Made by a program: the position numbers and the translations under genes. The notes below the pieces were generated by a model. It did not search any database. It had not been told where the DNA came from and saw nothing but the letters and a program-made list of their open reading frames with translations. Positions 29,483-37,495 of a stretch of DNA of 64,000 nt are shown piece by piece (the first letter of the stretch is position 1; every line of letters begins with the position of its first letter). The DNA lies in IMG/VR virus record IMGVR_UViG_2767802108_000001, positions 25,135 through 89,134 of that record; one strand, written 5' to 3'. The stretch is from a virus (lineage: Duplodnaviria > Caudoviricetes).

Positions 29483-29826
29483 TGGACTGCGCGCAGTTCG
29501 CAAACCTTGCAGCCTCGAGCCTGGTCGCCCTGTGCAGTTTCGCGTTCGGGATCGTGTACAGCCGGTGCGCGCCGTGGCGGTCGACTGCGGTGGGCCGGCA
29601 CATCATGTTGTTCACGCTGACGATCGGCGCGCTGGGCGCGTACACGGTTGCGATCACCGTGTGGGATCACGGGGCGCCGGCCGTGGTGCTGCGGTCGACC
29701 CGAACGTTGCTGCTGCTGGTCGTGGCCGGTCTGGTGGTGCAGCGGACCCGAATGGTCGTCCGGGCTCAGCACCGGCGGGCTCTGCATGATGCTGTTCAGG
29801 ATCCGTCGGGGCCGCCTTCTGTCTGA
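29482..29826 (+). CDS. Putative holin, 3 TM
   Basis: APWRSTAVGRHIM motif and three hydrophobic helices. Confidence 0.7.
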   Translation: MDCAQFANLAASSLVALCSFAFGIVYSRCAPWRSTAVGRHIMLFTLTIGALGAYTVAITVWDHGAPAVVLRSTRTLLLLVVAGLVVQRTRMVVRAQHRRALHDAVQDPSGPPSV

Positions 29827-29844
29827 ACTGGTGTGCGAACCGGG

Positions 29845-30573
29845 TCAGGGGGCGATGCGGCCGTTGGCGTTGAACGCGGCGTGGGTGAGGGGCATCAGCT
29901 TTGCCCACTCGGCTTCCATGGCCTCGCCGACCATCTCAATCTCGCGTTGGGGGTACGACGCCACTGCGGCGTCGGGGTGGGTGGTGCGCAACCCCAGGAA
30001 GTGCATCAGCGACCGCGCGTTGCAGGTGGCGTACATCGACGAGTACAGGCCGACGGGGAGCACCGCGCGGGCCACCTCGCGGGCGACGCCCTCCGCCAGC
30101 ATCTGTTGGTAGGCCTCGTAGGCGAGACGGTAGGAGTCCTGCAGTGTCTTCTGAGTGACCCAGAGCTGATGCTTGGTGCCCTCGACGATTTTGTACCGTC
30201 CCGGACGGCCTTTCTGCACCAGGTTCCGGTACATGTTGGGGACGTAGAAGACCGGCTCCAGCTCTCGGTAGCGACCGGACTCCTCGTTGTAGGACCAGCC
30301 GACGCGGTGCCGCATGAACTCCCGGAACACGAAGATCGGGGCGCTGATCAGGAACGTCATCGACGTGTGCTCGAAGGGCGAGCCGTGGCGCTCCCGCACC
30401 AGGTAGTTGATGAGCCCCTTCGACCGCTCGGGGTCCTTGCCGATCTCGTCGATGGACTGCTCGCCGAGGGTGGAGACGCGGGCGGCGAAGAGAACGTCGG
30501 CGTCGGACGCGGTCTGCTTGACCAGCTGCACGGTGACGTTGCTGCGGAAGACGGGCTGGAGGGGTTCGGGCAT
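29845..30573 (-). CDS. thyX: FAD-dependent thymidylate synthase
   Basis: HGSPFEH, RHR...SYNEESGRY, E.ARAVLP and NARSLMHFL motifs. Confidence 0.97.
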   Translation of the reverse strand: MPEPLQPVFRSNVTVQLVKQTASDADVLFAARVSTLGEQSIDEIGKDPERSKGLINYLVRERHGSPFEHTSMTFLISAPIFVFREFMRHRVGWSYNEESGRYRELEPVFYVPNMYRNLVQKGRPGRYKIVEGTKHQLWVTQKTLQDSYRLAYEAYQQMLAEGVAREVARAVLPVGLYSSMYATCNARSLMHFLGLRTTHPDAAVASYPQREIEMVGEAMEAEWAKLMPLTHAAFNANGRIAP

Positions 30574-30667
30574 GGGGAAGGGCTCCGATCGCGGGGGAGG
30601 GGCGGTGTGACCAGTCTCCCGCCGTCACGCCCCGGTGTTCCCTCTGCCCGGTCGTAGGGTGGCGGGC

Positions 30668-30859
30668 ATGAGCACGATCTCCGACAGACCGGTCCCTCCA
30701 GCCCCTGAGTGCGCGCCGTCGCAGGTGGGGCCGTGTCGTGGCTGTCAGCATCCGACGCACCGGTATGGGCTGGGCGGGAACCCTCTGTGCGTGGTGTGCA
30801 CGCGGGCCCTGGAGGGCCGGCGGGCCAGCGTGGGGAAGGCGTCGGCGGGACGGCCGTAG
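30668..30859 (+). CDS. Small Cys-containing protein
   Basis: TAGGGT -10 just upstream of ATG (leaderless); CxxC...CxxC. Confidence 0.5.
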   Translation: MSTISDRPVPPAPECAPSQVGPCRGCQHPTHRYGLGGNPLCVVCTRALEGRRASVGKASAGRP

Positions 30860-30868
30860 CCTCCTGGT

Positions 30869-31450
30869 GTGCTCCTTTCCGACCTGCACCTCCGTGAAGC
30901 GATAGCCGACGGCCGGCTCGGTATCGACCCGTTCGACGAGTCGATGCTTCAGCCCGCGTCGATCGACGTCCGCCTGGACGCCGCGTTCCGGGTGTTCGAG
31001 AGTCACCGGCATGACTGCATCGACCCCTCGGTGCAGCAGGACGATCTGACGCGGCTGGTGGAGGTGCTGCCGGGTGAGGCGTTCGTGTTGCACCCGGGGG
31101 AGTTCGTGTTGGGGTCGACGTTGGAGCGGGTGTCGCTGCCGGACACGTTGGCGGCCCGCTTGGAGGGGAAGTCGTCGCTGGGCAGGCTGGGGCTGATCAC
31201 GCATTCCACGGCGGGGTTCATCGACCCCGGGTTCGAGGGGCACGTCACCCTGGAGCTCAGCAATCTGGCGACCTTGCCGATCAAGCTGTGGCCGGGGATG
31301 AAGATCGGACAGATCTGCGTGTTCCAGCTCAGCTCCCCGTCGGAGCATCCGTACGGGAGCGCGGTGCGCGGGTCCCGGTATCAGGGGCAGCGCGGGCCGA
31401 CCGCCTCCCGCTCCTGGCAGAACTTCCACCGGTCAGCGTTGCCTGGGTAG
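30869..31450 (+). CDS. dcd: dCTP deaminase
   Basis: [31 protein letters not shown] and [10 protein letters not shown] motifs. Confidence 0.97.
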   Translation: MLLSDLHLREAIADGRLGIDPFDESMLQPASIDVRLDAAFRVFESHRHDCIDPSVQQDDLTRLVEVLPGEAFVLHPGEFVLGSTLERVSLPDTLAARLEGKSSLGRLGLITHSTAGFIDPGFEGHVTLELSNLATLPIKLWPGMKIGQICVFQLSSPSEHPYGSAVRGSRYQGQRGPTASRSWQNFHRSALPG

Positions 31451-31457
31451 GGTGCGG

Positions 31458-31502
31458 GCATGATGGTGCCCGCCTGCTTTCCTCAGGCGGGCACCATCAT
31501 GC
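31458..31502. terminator. Bidirectional terminator between convergent genes
   Basis: Perfect 19-bp stem GCATGATGGTGCCCGCCTG / CAGGCGGGCACCATCATGC. Confidence 0.85.
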
Positions 31503-31507
31503 GTGGG

Positions 31508-31795
31508 TCAGCGCTGTGCGAGTTCGGCGCAGTAGAACGCGAACTTGCGGCTGTAGTCGGAGTGGCCAGACGCCTGCCGCTCGACCTGCACAACGTCGTC
31601 CAGAGAGACCGCAGGGCGCCCCTGGTCGGCGCGTAGGGCATTCACGGCTTTCCACATTTCGGACCGCTCGTGCGCGGCCCAGCCGCACTCGACGCCATCG
31701 GGGCCGTCGACGAGATCCTCGCGTTCACTGCGGTCTTCCTGTGCACGTGACAGCACACGCTGGAGTCGATCAGCGATCACCCTCAGATCGGGCAT
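31508..31795 (-). CDS. Hypothetical protein
   Basis: GAGGA RBS inside the repeated junction; GHSDY..KFA.YCAEL motif. Confidence 0.7.
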   Translation of the reverse strand: MPDLRVIADRLQRVLSRAQEDRSEREDLVDGPDGVECGWAAHERSEMWKAVNALRADQGRPAVSLDDVVQVERQASGHSDYSRKFAFYCAELAQR

Positions 31796-31806
31796 GGTCG
31801 GCGTCC

Positions 31807-32055
31807 TCACTTCTCGGTGGCGGGCAGGTGGGCACGTCCGGCGTCGGTCAGCAGGAATGGCTTACGCAGGCCTACCTCGGGACCCCACGTCGCCCACCCG
31901 TTGCGAACCAGGACCGTGCTGGTAGCGGCGGTGATCCGGCCGCCCGGGGCGTAGACGTTGGTGTCGGCGAAGGCGCGGGTGCTGCGGTAGGCGGTACCGT
32001 CGGCGAGGAGGACGAGCGCGTTTCGCTGTGTCTTCGTCGGCTTCGGGGTGCGCAT
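31807..32055 (-). CDS. Hypothetical protein (winged-helix-like)
   Basis: Start lies in the junction repeat; LTDAGR motif; ends ATEK. Confidence 0.7.
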   Translation of the reverse strand: MRTPKPTKTQRNALVLLADGTAYRSTRAFADTNVYAPGGRITAATSTVLVRNGWATWGPEVGLRKPFLLTDAGRAHLPATEK

Positions 32056-32066
32056 GGTCGGTGTCC

Positions 32067-32303
32067 TCACTTCTCGGTGGCGGCCTGGGCCGCGCAGATC
32101 TCGTCGGCGGTCACGGTCTCGAACCAACGCCAGACGCCGTCCTCCCACTGCTCCACCTTCGCAGCGGTGGCCGGGCTGTCGGCGCCGAGGCTGGCGCGGA
32201 TGAAGGCGTAGGCCTTGGCCTCGCTGGTGAACGGAGATGTTGCCTCCACGTCCGGGCCGGTGACGGTCACCCGCCACGGCTTCGACGGCTTCCTTACGGT
32301 CAT
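32067..32303 (-). CDS. Hypothetical protein
   Basis: Start lies in the junction repeat; ends ATEK. Confidence 0.7.
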   Translation of the reverse strand: MTVRKPSKPWRVTVTGPDVEATSPFTSEAKAYAFIRASLGADSPATAAKVEQWEDGVWRWFETVTADEICAAQAATEK

Positions 32304-32310
32304 GGTGTCC

Positions 32311-32514
32311 TCACTTCTCTCGCTTCGTTGCCTGTCGTTTCGGGTGCTGTGCCCGCCACGCGTCCACTCCCTCCTCGGGCCAGAGGGAAGTGCGTCCGAT
32401 CTTCTTGGGCTTCGGAAAGTCCGCTGATCGGTTGGCCAGGTTGTAGAGGCTCTGGCGGTTGATGCCGAGTCGTTCTGCTGCTTGGTCGGAGGTCAGGTAG
32501 CCGGTCAGGTCCAT
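32311..32514 (-). CDS. AlpA/excisionase-like HTH regulator
   Basis: YLTSDQAAERLGI...FPKP.KIGR..LW....V.AW. Confidence 0.85.
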   Translation of the reverse strand: MDLTGYLTSDQAAERLGINRQSLYNLANRSADFPKPKKIGRTSLWPEEGVDAWRAQHPKRQATKREK

Positions 32515-32536
32515 GGGTTCAGCGTAGGCGGGGCGG

Positions 32537-32577
32537 AGTAGCTTGACTACTGCTACGCTTAGAGTAGCTCAACTACT
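32537..32577. promoter_or_regulatory. Tandem palindromic operators AGTAG-N5-CTACT in a divergent promoter region
   Basis: Copies at 32537-32551 and 32563-32577; TTGACT overlaps the first. Confidence 0.7.
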
Positions 32578-32580
32578 CCT

Positions 32581-32754
32581 ATGACGGAAGATGGGGGAAC
32601 GATGCAGGAAGCGCTGACGCCCGAACTGGAGACGCGGTGCGGCAACCCCGAGTGCGACAGGGAAACGCCCGAGAATAAGAGCCCTGCGGGCCGCGCCCGG
32701 TACTGTTCATCCCCCTGCGCCACGAAGGCGGCCCGTCTGCCAAACGGCTCCTGA
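32581..32754 (+). CDS. Small CGNR-like zinc-finger protein (not in the ORF track)
   Basis: 57 aa: RCGNPEC...RYCSSPCATKAAR. Confidence 0.5.
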   Translation: MTEDGGTMQEALTPELETRCGNPECDRETPENKSPAGRARYCSSPCATKAARLPNGS

Positions 32755-32963
32755 CGAAGAATCGGACTCCTATGCGATTCGGGGGTCCGATCCTTCGTTT
32801 GGCGACAGATTCACTGTCAAGATCATTTTTGTGATGCTTGATAAGCTCACATGCAGTGCATCACGGGGTGATCGACGCGAACCGGTTCGGCGTACACGGC
32901 CCACGGTGTACGTTCATGCGGAACGCGCCGCCGGCGTCCCCACCGCGAGAGGACGAACCCCCC

Positions 32964-33158
32964 ATGGAATCCACCACCGCCACTCGTGAACGGCTCCTCG
33001 CACGCCAGCAGGAACTTCGGGCGGAACTGGAGCAGGTGCAACGGCACTTGGAGCAGCTGGACACGATGGTGGTTGCGTCGCAGTGGCGGCATAGGCCCAG
33101 CGGTTCGAAGGGGCGCGGCACCTCTATCACACCGGTACGGACGACCGCTGCAAGCTGA
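32964..33158 (+). CDS. Small coiled-coil protein
   Basis: GAGGA RBS; heptad pattern. Confidence 0.6.
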   Translation: MESTTATRERLLARQQELRAELEQVQRHLEQLDTMVVASQWRHRPSGSKGRGTSITPVRTTAAS

Positions 33159-33362
33159 CGAACGGTCCCGAGACCATCACCCTCTACGAAGCCCTGCAAA
33201 CGGGGCTGGCCCCGTGCAGTACGTGCAAGCCGAAGAGGCCCTAGTGCGGCCGACCTCGCAGTGAGGTGAGGCAATAGATCCTCTGGCTCCAGTTAATGTT
33301 CCTGATCTCGGGCTGGCGTGAGCGGGGGGAACGTCCCGGCTAGACCGTGGCACGGTATGGAC

Positions 33363-34067
33363 ATGCCCCCGAAGTCGAGTACCGCAGGCCAGGAGCAGGC
33401 GCTCAAGGAAGTACGCGCGGCCGCGAAGAAGTACCTCGCCGCCGATCTGCCGCCGCTGAAGCGTGCCGCCCGCCAGGCCCTCCGCGAAGCCGTTGCCCAG
33501 GCAGCGCAGGCCGGCGTCAAACAGGTTGAGGTCGCCAGGGCCTCTGGACTGAGCAAGGCGCAGGTCTCCCGTCTCTCCCGTGGTGCCACCAGTGGCCGCA
33601 CCCCGCTGCCGCCAGCCGAGTACCTGGTACGCAGCCTTCCGACGGATCCAATCGTCACCCGCTACCAGGAAGGCGCTACCGCCGTCGACCTCGGTCGGGA
33701 GTACGGGTGCAGCAGCACCACCATCCTCACCATCCTGAGGCGCTGCCAAGTCCAGGTCCGGAAGGGCCGCGAGATCGAACTGCCCGTGTCCGATGCCGAC
33801 CTGGTGCGCCGGTACGTGGACGAGCGGATGCAGATCCAGGACATTGCTGCCGAGCTCGGGGTGAAGCCGAACCTGATCTCCCGGCGCCTGTCGGCGGCCG
33901 GCGTGCGCATCCCTGTGGGGCATCGTCGGATGGATCTCCCGGATGCGGAGATCGTGCGACGGTACCGGGCGGGGGAGTCGGCGAACCGGATCGCGAAGTC
34001 TTATGGCGTCAGCCATGTGACCGTGATGCGTCGGGTGCGGGAGGATCGCGCCAGACGACGCGCATAA
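33363..34067 (+). CDS. Multi-HTH DNA-binding protein
   Basis: Four HTH-like units (VARASGLS, LGREYGCS, IAAELGVK, IAKSYGVS); leaderless after GGAAC-N18-CACGGT. Confidence 0.8.
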   Translation: MPPKSSTAGQEQALKEVRAAAKKYLAADLPPLKRAARQALREAVAQAAQAGVKQVEVARASGLSKAQVSRLSRGATSGRTPLPPAEYLVRSLPTDPIVTRYQEGATAVDLGREYGCSSTTILTILRRCQVQVRKGREIELPVSDADLVRRYVDERMQIQDIAAELGVKPNLISRRLSAAGVRIPVGHRRMDLPDAEIVRRYRAGESANRIAKSYGVSHVTVMRRVREDRARRRA

Positions 34068-34084
34068 CGTGTGTTATGGATGAT
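34057..34084. other. dif/Xer-like recombination core site (11-6-11)
   Basis: GACGCGCATAA-CGTGTG-TTATGGATGAT vs E. coli dif GGTGCGCATAA-TGTATA-TTATGTTAAAT; directly upstream of the recombinase operon. Confidence 0.65.
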
Positions 34085-34102
34085 CGACGGTAGACTCAGA
34101 TC

Positions 34103-34342
34103 ATGACGGCTGAAGATGACGAGGCAACCGGACGCCTACTCGTAGCCGCCGCGCTGCACGACGGAATGCAGCACGATGCAGCTACAGCAGAAGCGGCACA
34201 GTGGCTCGCCAAGGACTGGGAACGCACTGGCCGCATCGAAGGTTCGATGTACGCAGTCGTCATGGGCTATGCACTCAAGCACGCCACCCCCGACGAACAA
34301 GAAGCGCTGCGCCGCTGGTTCACGGAGTTGACGGCACGATGA
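34103..34342 (+). CDS. Hypothetical protein, first gene of the recombinase operon
   Basis: TAGACT -10 at 34091 followed by a leaderless ATG; ATGA overlap with the recombinase. Confidence 0.65.
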   Translation: MTAEDDEATGRLLVAAALHDGMQHDAATAEAAQWLAKDWERTGRIEGSMYAVVMGYALKHATPDEQEALRRWFTELTAR

Positions 34343-35442
34343 CCCAACACACCGTCACCGCCCGGCCCCGCGCCGAACTCGCCACACCTGGCAGCGCGGA
34401 AGAGGCCCTGTACTGGCTGCGCGACACCCTCGGCACCGTCGCACGCCGCGACCCACGCACCCGCCGCCTCGGCCCACGCCGCTACCGCCTCGAACTCCTT
34501 GCCGAAGTCTGCGACCGCGACACCTTCCTCCTCATCACCTCCTGGCTTGGCTCCGAAGCCGTCCCCGCGGTCACGTCCAAGCAGGCCTACGCCGACGACG
34601 TCTGTCTCTGGGCCGACGTCGCCCGGGAGTTGGGCGGCCACGAACGCTTCCACGTCGGCGCCATCACGCCCGGCATCATCGAGACCTGGACCAAGACACA
34701 GAAGGCCCAGGGCAAGGCGCCCCGCACTATCAACCGACGCCTGTCCGTCCTCACCGCCCTCACCCAGTACGCGGCATGGAAGACGAAGGAGACCATCGCC
34801 TCACCGGTCACCAAATACGACCGGCCACGCGTCGATCCCCGCGACGAGACCACCGCCACCCCCATCCTCGAAGTCCCAGAGTTCCAGGCCGTCGTCAACG
34901 CCGCCCAAACCCCGCGCCAGGCCCTCGTGCCCGTCCTCATCTACACCCTCGCCGGCCGCGTCACCGAGTGCTGCACCGCCCAGCTAGAGCACCTTAAGAA
35001 GACGGGCGGGAAGCGCCGACTGGACCTGTCCCGCAAAGGCGGGAAGGGCCGCGTCTGGCCGCTCCCAAACCGGCTGTGCGACCTCATCGACGTGGCCACC
35101 GCTGGCCGCGATAGCGGGACGCTGCTCCTGACCGACGATGACCGTCCCATGGACCGTCACGCCGTCGACCGCCTCCTCAACCGCCTTGGCGAGGAAGCCG
35201 GAGTTCTCCCCGGCCGGGACCTCACACCGCACGTCCTGCGTGCCTCCAAGCTCACCCACATGCACGACGCCGGCCATCCAGTAGAGGAGATTCAGGAGTA
35301 CGCCGACCACGCCGCTATCGAGACGACGCTGCGGTACATCCGACGCCGCGACGACGCCGCCCGCAAGGCCAAGCACGCTGCGGCCGCAGCCGCCGTCTAC
35401 GACCACTTGGTAGACCGGTTCGTCAACAGGGGAGGAATATGA
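34339..35442 (+). CDS. Tyrosine recombinase (XerC/D-like)
   Basis: Catalytic set intact: GRVTE (R), RKGGK (K), HVLR, ADH and LRY. Confidence 0.9.
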   Translation: MTQHTVTARPRAELATPGSAEEALYWLRDTLGTVARRDPRTRRLGPRRYRLELLAEVCDRDTFLLITSWLGSEAVPAVTSKQAYADDVCLWADVARELGGHERFHVGAITPGIIETWTKTQKAQGKAPRTINRRLSVLTALTQYAAWKTKETIASPVTKYDRPRVDPRDETTATPILEVPEFQAVVNAAQTPRQALVPVLIYTLAGRVTECCTAQLEHLKKTGGKRRLDLSRKGGKGRVWPLPNRLCDLIDVATAGRDSGTLLLTDDDRPMDRHAVDRLLNRLGEEAGVLPGRDLTPHVLRASKLTHMHDAGHPVEEIQEYADHAAIETTLRYIRRRDDAARKAKHAAAAAAVYDHLVDRFVNRGGI

Positions 35443-35897
35443 AGACGCCAGCCTGTTGGGCATGGCCAGCAGATCGGCCGGGAGAAGACGACGTCACTCG
35501 GAGATTCTGGGAAGGCATCGACACTACCGGCTACAGTGCCAGCGTTCTTGATCTCTTGGAGGAGGTAGCCGCCGCCCAGTGTGACGACGAGGGGACGCTC
35601 CGGACCTGGCAGGCCGGCCGATGTGCCATCTGCGGGGAGACAGACCGGACCATGGTCTGCGATCACGACCACGAAACCGGATTGGTACGCGGCTGGCTGT
35701 GCGTCTCATGCAACACCCGAGAAGGTGTTGCCGTAGGCGTACCTGGAACGGTCATGGCGGCATATCGTCAGCGGCCGCCCACCGCCATTCTTGGGCTGAC
35801 GATTCGGTACCGCGATCCCTTCGCGCGCCGGTATGCAGATCCGGAACCGGTCCGTAAGGATGGCTGGGACGACAGCTCCAGCGCGGACCTCACGTAG
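35439..35897 (+). CDS. Endonuclease VII domain protein
   Basis: CAICG...DHDHETGLVRGWLCVSCN. Confidence 0.85.
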   Translation: MKTPACWAWPADRPGEDDVTRRFWEGIDTTGYSASVLDLLEEVAAAQCDDEGTLRTWQAGRCAICGETDRTMVCDHDHETGLVRGWLCVSCNTREGVAVGVPGTVMAAYRQRPPTAILGLTIRYRDPFARRYADPEPVRKDGWDDSSSADLT

Positions 35898-36114
35898 CGG
35901 TAGGCCTGCGGGTCGGCTCCTGCCCCCACCGGATCTTCTCGGCGGTTTCCTTCTCGTCCACCAGGAGCCGGCCGTCTCCGAAGCAGTCGTCGCAGCGGCC
36001 CCAGCCGAGAGTGGGCTCGCCGTCCTCGTCGTCGGGCGGCTGGATGACTTGCACGGAGCCTTCACCGTCGCATTCGTCGCACGTGAACTCGTACTCGCCC
36101 TCGACCAGCGTCAT
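35890..36114 (-). CDS. Small DnaJ-type zinc-finger protein
   Basis: CDECDGEG and CDDCFGDG motifs. Confidence 0.7.
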   Translation of the reverse strand: MTLVEGEYEFTCDECDGEGSVQVIQPPDDEDGEPTLGWGRCDDCFGDGRLLVDEKETAEKIRWGQEPTRRPTAT

Positions 36115-36152
36115 CGTGGCGCCCCTCCCCGGTGTGTGGGCTGTGATCCTAC

Positions 36153-37004
36153 TCAGCCTGCGGGCGTGTCCCAGAATCCGGTGTGGGCGATGACGTCTGC
36201 GGTGACGGGTGGGGTGCGTTGGGCGAGGAGGGGGTTGGTGGCGCAGATCTGCTGGATGAGCATGTTGGGGTAGCGGGAGGCAATGGGCCGGCCGCCTTGC
36301 CCGAGGATCAGCGCGTGGACGCCGTCGGCGGGGCGGGGTCGTTTGGGCAGGTAGTGGTGGAGGGCGGCTGCGGTGAGGGGTTCGAGGGTGTGCTTTGTGC
36401 CGACGTTCTCGAAGTCGTCGGGGGTGCGGACGGTCCAGGTGCCTTCGGCGGTGTTCTCGTACAGGTGTCGCATGTCGAGGCGGACGATTTCGCCGGGGCG
36501 CAGGCCTTCCAGGAGGAGGTAGCCGATCAGGCGGTCGCGGAGGTAGTGGCGGGCTTGGTCGGGGCCCCAGCCTCCGAGGCAGGTGAAGAAGGTGACGCGT
36601 TCCATGGGGGTGAGGCGTCGGGGTGGTTCGGCGTCGCGGTCGACTCCGGAGCGCAGCAGGTTGAGTTCGGGGAGCTGGCGGATGACGCCGGTGTCGCGGG
36701 CGGCGGTGTAGTAGCCGGTGAGTGCGGTGATGCGTCGGTCGTGGGATTTCGCGACGTCGGGGTGGTGGTGGGCGAGCCAGGCGAGGGTGTCGGGTCCGTC
36801 GAGGGGCCGGCCGTCGAGGGCCCAGGCGAGGTGCCGGTCCTGTGCCCAGCGGGCCACGTTCTCGAGGCCGAAGTCGTAGGGGTTGACGCGACAGTCGTGG
36901 CACCAGTCGAGCCAGGAGGTGACCTCGCGGCGGTACTCGATGGCGGTGGAGGGGCGGAGGGTGCCGCCGGTGAGCCAGGTGTCGAGGAGTGCGCGGGGTT
37001 CCAT
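36153..37004 (-). CDS. Tyrosine-recombinase-like protein lacking the catalytic C-terminus
   Basis: Core-binding domain and RDRL...GLRPGEIVRL are present, but HxxR reads DVIAH and the ORF ends 9 aa later with no H/Y. Confidence 0.75.
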   Translation of the reverse strand: MEPRALLDTWLTGGTLRPSTAIEYRREVTSWLDWCHDCRVNPYDFGLENVARWAQDRHLAWALDGRPLDGPDTLAWLAHHHPDVAKSHDRRITALTGYYTAARDTGVIRQLPELNLLRSGVDRDAEPPRRLTPMERVTFFTCLGGWGPDQARHYLRDRLIGYLLLEGLRPGEIVRLDMRHLYENTAEGTWTVRTPDDFENVGTKHTLEPLTAAALHHYLPKRPRPADGVHALILGQGGRPIASRYPNMLIQQICATNPLLAQRTPPVTADVIAHTGFWDTPAG

Positions 37005-37045
37005 GCCCCTTAGTGTGCCCGTACCACGCCTCAGATCAAGATCTA

Positions 37046-37158
37046 TACAAAACCTCGGGACCCTCCACCCACTTGGTGGCGGCTTGGGTATGTGGCGCGG
37101 TGCGGGGCGGAGATCGCGCGCTGCTTCTCCTGGTGGGTGGGGTGGCCGAGGTTTTGTA
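37046..37158. repeat. Spaced inverted repeat upstream of the inactive recombinase gene
   Basis: TACAAAACCTCGG...CCACCCAC (37046-37072) and GTGGGTGG...CCGAGGTTTTGTA (37133-37158). Confidence 0.75.
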
Positions 37159-37286
37159 CAGGTTGCCGATCTTGGGTTCGGGGCGGGCCTGCGGACCTTC
37201 TCCGAGGCTGCACGAATCACGCTACGGGCTGGACGGACAACCGTTCCCCCTGCACAACGGCGGCGTGTCAGCGTTCGGACGTTGGC

Positions 37287-37478
37287 CTACAGGCCGGGTA
37301 TCGGCTCCTGATCCACGTCGTGCCGGTCGTAGCCGTGACGCGGTTCGGGATCGCATTCCGGGCCGAGGCGCCGGCTGCGCGAGACCTCGTCCGTCAACTC
37401 TCGGTGGCATTCGCGGCACCAGATGCGGGTACGGTCGCCGGGGTCGATGAGCAGCGTCTCCTGCCGGTCACGGGCCAT
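37287..37478 (-). CDS. Small zinc-binding protein (DUF6011-like)
   Basis: CRECHRELTD..SR...LGPEC. Confidence 0.7.
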   Translation of the reverse strand: MARDRQETLLIDPGDRTRIWCRECHRELTDEVSRSRRLGPECDPEPRHGYDRHDVDQEPIPGL

Positions 37479-37495
37479 GACTTCAGTTTCCTTAC

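Larger units (their letters stand above)
31793..32319 (-). repeat. Three copies of a gene-junction repeat (gene end + stop + RBS + ATG)
   Basis: CATGGTCGG(C/T)GTCCTCACTTCTCGGTGGCGG at 31793-31823 and 32053-32083; shorter copy at 32301-32319. Confidence 0.85.

Noticed and set aside
31793-32319. Junction repeats as a possible CRISPR array
   Set aside because: The spacers are about 220-230-bp protein-coding genes, the repeat is not palindromic and there are no cas genes; reported as a cassette junction instead.
34339-35442. Calling this a classical prophage integrase with att boundaries
   Set aside because: It lies mid-element, with no host DNA or tRNA remnant adjacent and no obvious arm-binding domain; a resolvase role fits better, though integration is not excluded.
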